Of a stretch of 64,000 nucleotides of DNA, positions 18,587 to 27,783 are shown one piece after another; the stretch's first letter is position 1; each line of letters opens with the position of its first letter. The notes beneath the pieces are model-generated. The model was not told the origin of the DNA. It did no database searches and saw only the letters and a program-made list of their open reading frames with translations. This DNA is from Arenicellales bacterium (GTDB lineage: Bacteria; Pseudomonadota; Gammaproteobacteria; Arenicellales; Poriferihabitantaceae). The translations under genes and the position numbers were made by a program. The stretch lies in contig OY761989.1 in assembly GCA_963665165.1 (NCBI GenBank), forward strand, positions 679,976-743,975. The letters are read 5' to 3'.

Positions 18587-18963
18587 TCATTCAACCGCTT
18601 CCGTCCAATCGAACCGGGCTCCCAACGCCCGAAGCATGATGAACGTATTTTGCCGAGGGACTTTGAACTCGTCACAAACATCCGGCAGTTTCACGTCCTT
18701 TCTGGATGCCGGGGCTGGCTGTTCGTTCGTAACAACGGTAGCGCCACGCACCTGCGCGCAGGCTACGAGCCAGCCATCCGCACCTGTTGCGAATTTCGCC
18801 TTCGCATGGTCGAAGTAGTTTGGATGGCGCTGAAAACCCGCCCCTCTCCGTGATAATGAAGCAAGCTCTTCCAAAATCCGGGGCATAGATCGAACGCGTA
18901 ATACAGATTCTTTGCGGTGATGAGGACGTCGGAGTCCACAAGGTATGTTGTCTGATCCGCCAT
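18587..18963 (-). pseudogene. DUF4411 (PIN-like) protein gene with an internal deletion and frameshift
   Basis: The N-terminal frame reads 'YLVDSDVLITAKNLYYAFDLCPGFWKSLLHYHGEGRVFS'. The C-terminal frame reads 'FDHAKAKFATGADGWLVACAQVRGATVVTNE...VKLPDVCDEFKV'. About 40 aa of the usual middle region is missing. The start overlaps the upstream stop (TGATG). Confidence 0.6.
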
Positions 18964-20111
18964 CAGGAGAGCAGGATGCCCAGTCTCCCGGCGTAGTCCT
19001 GGAACGTTCCGCCCCGCAGACCAGTCAGTTCATAGGCTTCCCGAAAACCGATCTCGCCCCCCATCGCTGCTCCTATCACATGGGTCGCGAATAGCTTTCC
19101 TACACGCGCATTCTGGTTGTTGTAGAAGTCTCCTCCAGACGATGTCGCGCCGCTGCGATGTGTCTGGTTGATATAGCGTTCGTAGAATTCGAAGAAGGCG
19201 CTGCGCTCAATGAGCTTGAGGTCCATGGCTCGACGGGCGGCGACCACCGGGCTCACCTTGAACGCCCGGCCAATGGCCTCGAAGGGATGCTGTTCCCGCC
19301 TGATCTGTATCCAGCGCTCCCGCAGTTCGCGCGATGGTACGAGGATTTCCGCCGCTGCCCGATTGCACCAATTCTCCACGTCCGTACCACCGGGAAGCAG
19401 GTTCTCGAAACCGGAAATCCCCCCTTCGCCGAGCCAGATGTGTGCCAACTCGTGAGCCAGCGTGAACATTTGGGCGGATTTCGCGTCCGCGCCGTTCACG
19501 AAAATCAAGGGTGCGTAATCATCCGTGAGCGCGAACCCGCGAAACTCCGCTACGCTCAGCCGACGGTGCGTATTGTTGCCGACGATGCCGTTGATCACAG
19601 CCATCACGCCGATCCGTTCGATCATGCGGCGCAGTTCATTCACGGCATCCTGCCAGGTGTGTACTCCCGCCGCCCAACCCTCGTCCAGGCCGAGGGTACG
19701 CCGTATCTCGCGACCTACCGCACCGGGATTATCTGCAAGACGGGCGCTGGCCGCGAAGCTCAGTGGTTCCGCGTCGTTCTCGACGAGGTGCTCACGCAGC
19801 CACACTTGCCGCCGCTGCATGGCGTAGAGCGTGTCGATCAGGTTCGGGCTCGCATCGGACCTTGCGGTGTCCTTGACGGTGCGGAAGTCGGCAATCGGGA
19901 GCCGTTCGTTGGGAGGTTCCCCGAGGAACAGGTAGCCGAACGGCACATGGACGGTGCGAGCGAACGCTTCCAGTTGCTTCAAAGTCGGCTGAGTCTCCCC
20001 GTGTTCCCATTCGGGCAGCTTCTTGAATTTCACTGCAAGGACTTCCTGCTCAATGCCGGCGCGCTCGCGCGCCCAGCGAAGGAGGTCCGGGTTGACGGGG
20101 GCGCGGATCAT
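18963..20111 (-). CDS. XRE-HTH plus ImmA/IrrE-family zinc metallopeptidase
   Basis: 382 aa. N-terminal HTH ('LKQLEAFARTVHVPFGYLFL') and HExxH motif 'AHELAHIWLGE'. Confidence 0.8.
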   Translation of the reverse strand: MIRAPVNPDLLRWARERAGIEQEVLAVKFKKLPEWEHGETQPTLKQLEAFARTVHVPFGYLFLGEPPNERLPIADFRTVKDTARSDASPNLIDTLYAMQRRQVWLREHLVENDAEPLSFAASARLADNPGAVGREIRRTLGLDEGWAAGVHTWQDAVNELRRMIERIGVMAVINGIVGNNTHRRLSVAEFRGFALTDDYAPLIFVNGADAKSAQMFTLAHELAHIWLGEGGISGFENLLPGGTDVENWCNRAAAEILVPSRELRERWIQIRREQHPFEAIGRAFKVSPVVAARRAMDLKLIERSAFFEFYERYINQTHRSGATSSGGDFYNNQNARVGKLFATHVIGAAMGGEIGFREAYELTGLRGGTFQDYAGRLGILLS

Positions 20112-20157
20112 GCCACGGCCTCGAATGCCTGCTCGGCGTCTCCACTCCCGGAGGACA

Positions 20158-20715
20158 TTACATCACCGGTATGCCGAAGAGTGTGCCGTGAAAATAAGCC
20201 AGAAGCCCGGCGACGATGAAGCCACCGATGACAGCGGCGATGTCCATGGTGAACCGGGGCGCCGGTTCCGTCGGCGGGCCTTTGTCTCGCGCCACTGCGC
20301 TGACAATCTCAACCACCGCGAACAATGCGAAGCCGCCGAACAGTACCACGGAGCGTACCTCACCATTGGCGAGAAGATGGGCGAAGGCCCACAGCAGCAG
20401 CCCGAGCAGCATCGGATGCCGAACCAGGGCGCGTATGCGGGTGGGCATGTTGGCCGCCGCGAATAGCGCCAGCGAGACCGGCACCAGGATCATCGAGACT
20501 TGATGCCCCCAGGCGGGAGGAACGTAGACTGCTTCGATGGGGGAGCGCGAGAAGCCCCACACAATGGCCACCAGAGAGAGCAGTGTAATCGCGCTGAACG
20601 CGCCACGATAGGGCTTCGCTCCCAACCGTTCCACCAGGGCAGCGCGCAATCGCGGAGCGCTCGGTATCAGGTGGATTGCCAGGAACAGCGCCAGGCCGGC
20701 TACCAACAGTGACAT
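20158..20715 (-). CDS. NnrU-family membrane protein
   Basis: 185 aa, with 'LFLAIHLIPSAPRLRAALVERLGAKPYRGAFS' typical of NnrU and several TM segments. Confidence 0.7.
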   Translation of the reverse strand: MSLLVAGLALFLAIHLIPSAPRLRAALVERLGAKPYRGAFSAITLLSLVAIVWGFSRSPIEAVYVPPAWGHQVSMILVPVSLALFAAANMPTRIRALVRHPMLLGLLLWAFAHLLANGEVRSVVLFGGFALFAVVEIVSAVARDKGPPTEPAPRFTMDIAAVIGGFIVAGLLAYFHGTLFGIPVM

Positions 20716-20790
20716 GCGTGTTCTCCAGGTTCAGTTATCGACCAGCAAGTGTAGCACTTCGCCCAATATCGGAGCAACGGACTCCTAAGC

Positions 20791-20850
20791 GGGTTTTCCT
20801 GGTTTGTTCAGAAGATGTCCAGACCAGACAGCTTCAACGGCTGTGGAAGA
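20791..20850. repeat. 60-bp repeat, copy B
   Basis: Matches the reverse complement of 12208-12267 at 56 of 60 positions. Overlaps the last 14 coding nt plus the stop of the hydrolase gene. Confidence 0.85.
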
Positions 20851-21853
20851 ATTCAATTAACTCTTCGTTCAAATCAGAAATAAATTTTGTCCGGTCAAAT
20901 CCGGGTGGGTCTTTGGCAGCCGGTATATCCTCGATATCCGTCACCCGCTTGGCAAAGGGTGCGATAAACGCCGAATGATGTCCGGCACGCATAACAGCGC
21001 CATAAAGGCGATTACCTGGAATAATTCGAGCCAGTCTTTCAAAATGAAATTTTGGAACATTGACCGTGTCATCTTCAAATCCGACGACATAAACCAGATT
21101 TGCCCGGAATATATTTTCCTGAATTTGAAGTCCCTGACCGATCGGCGCAATTACAGCAATATTTCCATTTATGAATGCCAGCGGGAAATGAATTTCCGGA
21201 ATGTCACGAACCAGGTCGGGAACGTTTACGTCCCGGAGCCGTTTTAATTTCCATCTCTGGATAAAACTCAAAGCATCGCAAAAATTCGGATCCTCATTGT
21301 CAGCACAATGCCTGTCCGCCGAGGGTCCATCAATGCCGGCGCCAGCCGCCGCCAGTGCCGTGACCGAACCGAGTGAGTACCCCAGCCCGTGTATCCGTGA
21401 CAGGTCAATATTGTTGCGAAACTCGCCCAGTTGAAGCACGGCTTCGAGCGCATGTGACAGCTCTTGCATTCGCCAATTCAATGCTTTAAAAGTTTTGTCG
21501 GAGGAGCCGACCAGATGATCCGGAGTGTGCTTGGGCGCGATTACGATGAAGCCGGAATCCGCCAGCGCTTTCGCTGTGAGATGATGATTTCTCATACGTC
21601 CGGCGTTGCCATGTGACATAAGAATTGGCTGATACTTTCCCTCTTTCAGTGGCGCTTCAAACGCGAATTCAACGTCGAACGGACCTAATCGTCCGGCAGT
21701 TTCGGAACTATCCGATGGATACCAGAGGCCAATTACCAATTCATTCACTTCCAATGTACGAAAACCAGCCGCTTTCGCCGACACCGCTATGCCGAACAGC
21801 AATGACATTGCTATCAAAACCGTTAAACGTCTAAATATAAAATCCACTTGCAA
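20834..21853 (-). CDS. Secreted alpha/beta hydrolase (dienelactone-hydrolase-like)
   Basis: N-terminal signal-like 'LTVLIAMSLLFGIAVSAKA'. Nucleophile elbow 'GLGYSLGS' (GxSxG). Confidence 0.6.
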   Translation of the reverse strand: MQVDFIFRRLTVLIAMSLLFGIAVSAKAAGFRTLEVNELVIGLWYPSDSSETAGRLGPFDVEFAFEAPLKEGKYQPILMSHGNAGRMRNHHLTAKALADSGFIVIAPKHTPDHLVGSSDKTFKALNWRMQELSHALEAVLQLGEFRNNIDLSRIHGLGYSLGSVTALAAAGAGIDGPSADRHCADNEDPNFCDALSFIQRWKLKRLRDVNVPDLVRDIPEIHFPLAFINGNIAVIAPIGQGLQIQENIFRANLVYVVGFEDDTVNVPKFHFERLARIIPGNRLYGAVMRAGHHSAFIAPFAKRVTDIEDIPAAKDPPGFDRTKFISDLNEELIEFFHSR

Positions 21854-21881
21854 ACCTCCTCCAGTCGATGGCCAGACAGGA

Positions 21882-23360
21882 TCAACCCACAGTGAACTGT
21901 CCCATCATGCCGCGATCCTCATGCTCCAGGATGTGGCAGTGATACATATAGGGATATCGCTCGGTTGCCGGATGATCGAAACGCACGACAATCTCTGACC
22001 AGTCGTCGTCATCCAGCGTCACCATATCTTTCCAGCCTCGCTGGTCCGGCGGCGGCGCTGAACCTTCCATCCGCGCTATCAGGAACGAGCAGCCGTGCAC
22101 ATGAAACGGATGCGCCCCCTGGTTGGAACGAATACGCCAACGTTCCCAGACGCCGCGTTGAACCCGTTCATTAATAACGTTCATATCCATCGCCGCGCCG
22201 TTAATGGTCATATCCATCGCGGTATGGCCGCCATCCTCCATTGTGAGCACAAAGTCACGGGATCGAACTATTTCCCCGGGTTGCGGGCGGACAATGGTAG
22301 CCAGTTGCCCAGGTAGCGGCGCGGTATGCGCTGGCAGGGACTTGTCTACGACCAATGTCAGCGACGGCGGCGGAAGATCTTTCCCGGACCGGTCGAACAG
22401 GTTGAACAGGTCCAGCAAACTGCCGACAAGGCTTTCCTCGTCGTCAAATTCATCTTCGAACAGGGTCAGTAGTCCGGCGGGCTTGCCATCGGCCATATCA
22501 ACGACAATTTCACAACGCTCGCCCGGTGACATTTCCATCGTTGTTAATGGTACTGGCGCTTCCAGTAAACCGCCATCGCTGGCGATTTTGTGAAACGTAC
22601 GATTGTCGGCAAAGCCGACGATATAAAAACGTGCATTGGCGCCGTTCAGGAGCCGCAACCGGACTTTGCCGGCCGGCACGTTGGTGACCGGCGCTATTGC
22701 GCCGTTGATGATCACGGTGTCACCCAGCCAGCCGTCCTCGTCTGCGTCGTACAGTGAATAGACCAGGCGGCCTTGTGCATCGAAGGTTCGATCCTGGATG
22801 ATAATGGGCAAATCATCGACGCCATATCGGTGCGGTAGCGGCAGTGAGTCCGACTGTTCGTCATCAATGATGATCAGGCCGGCCAGTCCACGATAAGTTT
22901 GTTCGCCGGTTTTGCCGTGGGTATGGGAGTGATACCAACAGGTAGCTGCCGACTGCACGATGGATAAACCGGGTCGCCAGTCAGCGCCAGGCTCGATTGC
23001 CAGTTGCGGGCCACCATCGACCTCGCCAGGCACATGCAAGCCGTGACCGTGTACGGCCACGCTTTCGGTCAGCGTGTTTTGGTAATGCAAATTGAGTTCG
23101 CTATATTGCCGGGCCCGAATCGTTGGCCCCAGGTAATCCTGGCTGAACCCCAGGGTTGGTGTATTGACACCGGATTTGAAAGACCAGGCGCCACTTCGAA
23201 TTTGCAGTTCAACCGGTCTTCCCTGGCGACCATCGACCAGAGGCGGTATCGGTAACCGGGATGGCGCCGTTTTGCTCCAGCTGCAGGGGACGTAACTTGC
23301 ACCGATGAAAGACGCACTACCGGCAATAAACTGCCGCCTCGAAAATGCCCGTGACATCAA
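21882..23360 (-). CDS. Tat-exported multicopper oxidase (CueO-like)
   Basis: Tat signal 'SRRQFIAGSA'. Copper sites 'HGHGLHVPG', 'WYHSHTHG', 'HPFHVHG' and 'HCHILEHEDRGMM'. Confidence 0.9.
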   Translation of the reverse strand: MMSRAFSRRQFIAGSASFIGASYVPCSWSKTAPSRLPIPPLVDGRQGRPVELQIRSGAWSFKSGVNTPTLGFSQDYLGPTIRARQYSELNLHYQNTLTESVAVHGHGLHVPGEVDGGPQLAIEPGADWRPGLSIVQSAATCWYHSHTHGKTGEQTYRGLAGLIIIDDEQSDSLPLPHRYGVDDLPIIIQDRTFDAQGRLVYSLYDADEDGWLGDTVIINGAIAPVTNVPAGKVRLRLLNGANARFYIVGFADNRTFHKIASDGGLLEAPVPLTTMEMSPGERCEIVVDMADGKPAGLLTLFEDEFDDEESLVGSLLDLFNLFDRSGKDLPPPSLTLVVDKSLPAHTAPLPGQLATIVRPQPGEIVRSRDFVLTMEDGGHTAMDMTINGAAMDMNVINERVQRGVWERWRIRSNQGAHPFHVHGCSFLIARMEGSAPPPDQRGWKDMVTLDDDDWSEIVVRFDHPATERYPYMYHCHILEHEDRGMMGQFTVG

Positions 23361-23390
23361 GTGAATGCTCCTATTGATTGAATGAATTCA

Positions 23391-24587
23391 TCACCGGACA
23401 GCCTGCAAGCCATTGGCAATATCCTGCTGGATGTCTGCGACATCCTCGAGGCCGATACTCAACCGGATCAGGGAGTCGGTGATACCGGCCTGGTCGCGTT
23501 CGCGTTGCGTGATTCTGCAATGGGTGGTGCTGGCCGGGTGAGTGATCGTGGTTTTGGTGTCTCCCAGGTTTGCGGTAATTGAAATCCATTCGGTGTTGTC
23601 GATCAATCGCCATGCGTCTTCCCGCTCGCCGCGGATTTCAAAAGAGACCACCCCGCCGTACCCGGATTGCTGTTGTGAGGCCAGCTTGTGGTCCGGATGG
23701 GATTCAAGCCCCGGATAATACACCCGTTTGACCATCGGTTGCGATTCCAGCCAGGTTGCGATCCGGCTTGCGTTTGCGCTGTGTTGCCGCATGCGGATGC
23801 TCAATGTTTCGAGCGCCGTAAACAGGACCCAGGCGTTGAACGGACTCAGGGTGGCGCCGGAAGAACGCAAGACCTTGTACACGGCGTCTGCAATCTTGTC
23901 ATCATCGACCACGATGGCTCCGCCCAGGCATCTTCCCTGCCCGTCAAGATATTTGGTTGCGGAGTGAACCACGATGTCCGCCCCGAGGCTGAGCGGTTGT
24001 TGGAATACCGGGGTCAGGAATGTGTTGTCGATGGCGAGCAGCACGCCATGTTTTCGGGCAATGCCGGACAAGCGCCGGATATCGGTGGTTTCGAGCAGGG
24101 GGTTCGAGGGGGTTTCAATGAAAAACAGCCTGGTTTCCGGTTTGACGCTTTCCTCCCAGGCTGTGTAATCCTTGAGGTCAACGTACTCGGCCACAATGCC
24201 GAATCGCGAGAAAATGGTCTTGAACAGGTTGATGGTGGAACCGAACACGCTTCGGGAAACCACCACATGGTCTCCCTGGTTGAGGACAGCCAGCGCCATG
24301 GTCATAATGGCGGCCATCCCGGATGAGGCGGCTGTGCAATGCCGTCCGTTTTCGAGCGCCCGGATTCTTTCCTCGAATGTGCGGACGGACGGATTGGTGA
24401 ATCTGGAGTAGATATTCCCCGGTTCCGTTTCGATGAACCGCGCCGCCGCCTGTGCGGCGCTGTCGAATACGAAACTCGAAGTCAGGTAAACGGGATCGCT
24501 GTGTTCGCCTTCGGGGCCACGCTCCTGCCCGCAACGAACGGCCAGTGTTTCCCTGTCGTGGCCGGGTTTTCGGGTGTAATTTTTCAT
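23391..24587 (-). CDS. metZ: O-succinylhomoserine sulfhydrylase (Cys/Met-metabolism PLP enzyme)
   Basis: Start at ATG 24587 with an AGGA upstream. 'GNIYSRFTNPSVRTFEERI' and the PLP-lysine 'HSATKYLDGQG'. Confidence 0.8.
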   Translation of the reverse strand: MKNYTRKPGHDRETLAVRCGQERGPEGEHSDPVYLTSSFVFDSAAQAAARFIETEPGNIYSRFTNPSVRTFEERIRALENGRHCTAASSGMAAIMTMALAVLNQGDHVVVSRSVFGSTINLFKTIFSRFGIVAEYVDLKDYTAWEESVKPETRLFFIETPSNPLLETTDIRRLSGIARKHGVLLAIDNTFLTPVFQQPLSLGADIVVHSATKYLDGQGRCLGGAIVVDDDKIADAVYKVLRSSGATLSPFNAWVLFTALETLSIRMRQHSANASRIATWLESQPMVKRVYYPGLESHPDHKLASQQQSGYGGVVSFEIRGEREDAWRLIDNTEWISITANLGDTKTTITHPASTTHCRITQRERDQAGITDSLIRLSIGLEDVADIQQDIANGLQAVR

Positions 24588-24591
24588 GGCA

Positions 24592-25422
24592 TCATCCTGT
24601 AGAGTCGCCGATTTCAACCGGAACATCCTTGCAGTTACCCCATTCAGACCATGACCCGGCGTAGGCATGGACGTTTTTATAACCCAGGCTCTTCAGGGTA
24701 ATGCAGGTATGGGATGAGCGGCGGTGAGACTGGCAATAGGCAATGATTTCCCTTTCCGGTACAACGCCGAGGCTCTGGTACTTCATCCGCAGTGTGTGTT
24801 CATCAAGCAGTTGATAATGGCTGGCCGGGTCGGTGGCTTCTATCCAGTCCAGATTGACTGCGCCGGGGATATGTCCGCCACGGGCCGCCAGCCGCTTTTG
24901 ACCATTGAACTCCAGCGGTGATCGGGAATCAAGTAAAACCACGTCCGGATCGTCCAGTTTCTCCAGAATCTGCTCTTTCGACCGGATACCGTGACTGCCG
25001 GTCCGGGCGTTGTAAATAGCCGGTTCCGGTTGGTGAGGCTGGCGCTCCGTTGGCAGTCCGGCGGCCACCCAGGAGGCGTATCCTCCATTCAGTAACGAGA
25101 ACCTGCGATGCCCGGCCAGATCCAGTGTCCAGAGTAATCGACAGGCCGCGGCCCCCGCATTCTGGTCATAAGCGACGACATGTCGTTGCGGGGACAGCCC
25201 CAGCCAGGAAAACAGCGCTGAAAGTTTTTCTTCGCCAGGCAGCAGTCCGAGCGCCGGCGGCCGTTGTTCGACCAGACGGGCATAATCGAGTAATATCGCG
25301 TTCGGCAGGTGCCCGGCGTCATATTCCCGTCTGCTGCGTAAATCCACCAGCAGGACATCCGTTCCGGAAACCGACTGGAACAGTTGGTCCGGGTTGATGA
25401 TGATGGCGCGTGAAGCGTTCAT
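24592..25422 (-). CDS. Tandem-rhodanese thiosulfate/3-mercaptopyruvate sulfurtransferase
   Basis: 276 aa with two rhodanese domains. Active-site loop 'CQSHRRSS'. Confidence 0.85.
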   Translation of the reverse strand: MNASRAIIINPDQLFQSVSGTDVLLVDLRSRREYDAGHLPNAILLDYARLVEQRPPALGLLPGEEKLSALFSWLGLSPQRHVVAYDQNAGAAACRLLWTLDLAGHRRFSLLNGGYASWVAAGLPTERQPHQPEPAIYNARTGSHGIRSKEQILEKLDDPDVVLLDSRSPLEFNGQKRLAARGGHIPGAVNLDWIEATDPASHYQLLDEHTLRMKYQSLGVVPEREIIAYCQSHRRSSHTCITLKSLGYKNVHAYAGSWSEWGNCKDVPVEIGDSTG

Positions 25423-25754
25423 GTCGTTACCTCCGGGTGGTCATGCCGGGAAAAAAGGCTGCCCGGTTCGCGTTGCCGCGGCAGGGCGACCAGATTGGCC
25501 AGGTCAATCCCGTCGATGTGGTCTATCCTGTCCGTGCCGTCCGGCAGTGGCAGATAATGGCTGAAACCGCAAAGCGCGAGACTGTCAAGCTGGTCCGGAA
25601 GAAAATCCCCGGCGGCAATCAGGTCTCCGGGATAGCCGTCGATCCGGAGTTGCCTGCCCAGACTGAAGATCCGGCCGTCATTGAAGTGATCGGCGAAGAT
25701 GATAATACGCTTTTGCTGGCCCGGACTTTCGATCCAGTTTACTGTTTCAATCAT
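25419..25754 (-). CDS. DUF934 protein (sulfite-reductase-associated)
   Basis: 111 aa. Overlaps both neighbours by a few nt. 'DGRIFSLGRQLR...GDLIAAGDFLPDQLDSLALCGF' is typical of DUF934 found downstream of cysI. Confidence 0.7.
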   Translation of the reverse strand: MIETVNWIESPGQQKRIIIFADHFNDGRIFSLGRQLRIDGYPGDLIAAGDFLPDQLDSLALCGFSHYLPLPDGTDRIDHIDGIDLANLVALPRQREPGSLFSRHDHPEVTT

Positions 25755-27405
25755 AGACCACCTCCCTGAATGGCTCCAGTCCCACTCGATCCAGGGTATC
25801 CAGGAAGGTTTCCCCGGGACCGGACCTCAGTTTCAGGTACTGACGGATGATCCGTTCGACCGCTTCAGCAATTCTGTTGCGGTCAACAGCGGGGCCAAGA
25901 CGCTCTCCGATCCTGAGGTTCTGGTCGGCGCGTCCTCCAAGGGTGATCTGAAACCACTGCTGGCCTTTTTTATCGACTCCCAGTATGCCGATGTGCCCGA
26001 TGTGGTGGTGGCCACAGGCATTCATGCACCCGGAAATCTTGATCTGGATGTCGCCCAGCGATTTCAACTCCTGTGGATCCGTGAATCTTGCCCGGATTTC
26101 AAGCGCGACCGGAATGGATGTGGTGTTGGCCAGACTGCAGAAATCCAGGCCGGGGCAGCAGATAATGTCCTGTACGGTATCGATGTTGGTATCCGACTGG
26201 CCGGATTTCCGGAGATCATTCCACAATGAATACAGGTTTCCGGTATGGACCAGAGGCAACAGCAGATTCTGCCGGTGGGTTGTGCGTATGATGCCACTGC
26301 TGTAGCGATCCGCCAGACCGGCTATCGCGTCCATCTCATCGGCGGTCAAATCGCCCGGAGCGACATTTTGCTTTTTTAATGATATGAAAACCGAGCGAAG
26401 CCCGGCATACCGGGAGGCGATGGTGTTTTGTCGCTTCCAGTGCTCGAATTCCCTGGCCCGGACATGCCCTGAATTACCGTCATGGATTTTCCGGGTTGCC
26501 GGTATCGCTCTGGATTGCGGACTGGCAAAACGGGCCTTGATTTCGGCGACCCGGGAGTCCGTCAAGGTCAATTCTCCGTCCTTTATTTCCTGGAACCGCT
26601 CATTGACCGCTGACCGGAACGCCTCCACGCCCATACTGTTGACCAGTATTTTAATCCGTGCCTTGTATTTGTTGTCTCGGCGGCCGTTCAGGTTGTAGAC
26701 GCGCAAAACGGCCTCCAGAAAGGACAACAGGTGGCGCCAGGGCAGGAATTCGCGAAGCTGTTTGCCGACCACCGGCGTGCGCCCCAGTCCGCCGCCGGCA
26801 AAGACCTGGAATCCGGTTTCCCGCCGGTCATTCCGTACCAGCCTCAAACCGATATCGTGAGCCAGAATGGCGGCCCGGTCGGTCTCCGACCCGGTCACGG
26901 CAATCTTGAATTTACGGGGCAGGTACAGGAATTCCGGGTGCAGGGTGGCCCATTGCCGAATGATTTCGCACCACGGCCTGGGATCTTCCACTTCCGTCGC
27001 GTCAATCCCGGCCAGATGGTCGGAGGTGATATTGCGTATGCAGTTGCCACTGGTTTGAATCGCGTGCATCTGCACTGTCGCGAGATCCGCCAGCAAATCC
27101 GGAACCTGCTCCAGCTTCAGCCAGTTGAACTGTATGTTCTGCCGGGTGGTGATGTGTCCATAACCCCGGTCGTATTTTCTCGCAACCGCGGCCAGCATGC
27201 GCAGTTGTCCTGAATTCAATTCCCCGTAGGGAATCGCGATTCGCAGCATCGGCGCATATCGCTGAATGTACAGCCCGTTCATCAGGCGCAACGGGCGGAA
27301 TTGTTCTTCCGACAAATCGCCTTTCAGGTAGCGGTCTGTCTGGTCACGGAATTGGATAACGCGTTGATCAACCTGTTGTTGATCGGTTCGGGAATACTGG
27401 TACAT
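25747..27405 (-). CDS. cysI: Sulfite (nitrite/sulfite) reductase hemoprotein
   Basis: Siroheme/4Fe-4S Cys clusters 'CPGLDFCSLA' and 'SGCMNACGHHHIGHIGILG'. Start set at ATG 27405 (GGAG 9 nt upstream) rather than TTG 27432. Confidence 0.85.
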   Translation of the reverse strand: MYQYSRTDQQQVDQRVIQFRDQTDRYLKGDLSEEQFRPLRLMNGLYIQRYAPMLRIAIPYGELNSGQLRMLAAVARKYDRGYGHITTRQNIQFNWLKLEQVPDLLADLATVQMHAIQTSGNCIRNITSDHLAGIDATEVEDPRPWCEIIRQWATLHPEFLYLPRKFKIAVTGSETDRAAILAHDIGLRLVRNDRRETGFQVFAGGGLGRTPVVGKQLREFLPWRHLLSFLEAVLRVYNLNGRRDNKYKARIKILVNSMGVEAFRSAVNERFQEIKDGELTLTDSRVAEIKARFASPQSRAIPATRKIHDGNSGHVRAREFEHWKRQNTIASRYAGLRSVFISLKKQNVAPGDLTADEMDAIAGLADRYSSGIIRTTHRQNLLLPLVHTGNLYSLWNDLRKSGQSDTNIDTVQDIICCPGLDFCSLANTTSIPVALEIRARFTDPQELKSLGDIQIKISGCMNACGHHHIGHIGILGVDKKGQQWFQITLGGRADQNLRIGERLGPAVDRNRIAEAVERIIRQYLKLRSGPGETFLDTLDRVGLEPFREVVYD

Positions 27406-27501
27406 CTGAAAATGCTCCGTAATGTTGAACAAAAACCCATGGGACAGGACTCGTATTCGAGTCGGGTTTCGGGGAGCGTCAGATCAAAAGTCAGCTAAAA
27501 G

Positions 27502-27624
27502 TCAACTATCGGGAAGTAATGGGGTTTGCAGCAATACACAACCGACGCTCCCCGTTGTACAGCAACAACAGGCCAGCGCCAGCGGCATGGTATGAATGAC
27601 CGGATTGGTTGTGATTGAACTCAT
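27502..27624 (-). promoter_or_regulatory. Candidate Cys-codon-rich leader ORF upstream of cysI
   Basis: 'MSSITTNPVIHTMPLALACCCCTTGSVGCVLLQTPLLPDS*' with TGT TGT TGC TGT at 27570-27559. An 11-bp inverted repeat (27470-27480 / 27544-27554) brackets its 3' part and stop codon. A hairpin plus U-run lies before cysI. Confidence 0.35.
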
Positions 27625-27783
27625 GGGGCCGAGTATAGACATCATCCGTATTCGCGGCAAGAAATAATTCCGAAAAAAATCCTGAAAGATATGTTTTCTG
27701 CAATTTCTGGTGTAATCTATAATTCGGGAGCCAGTCGAGATTCTGGTTCGGGGTCTTTGTCTTGAAGCAGCGGGGGTAGAATC

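Noticed and set aside
27411-27480. Possible sequestration of the cysI Shine-Dalgarno (GGAGC, 27414-27418) by GCUCC within the 3' arm of the 11-bp stem.
   Set aside because: It is only 5 bp of complementarity across a roughly 50-nt loop. That is too weak to assert without folding energetics.
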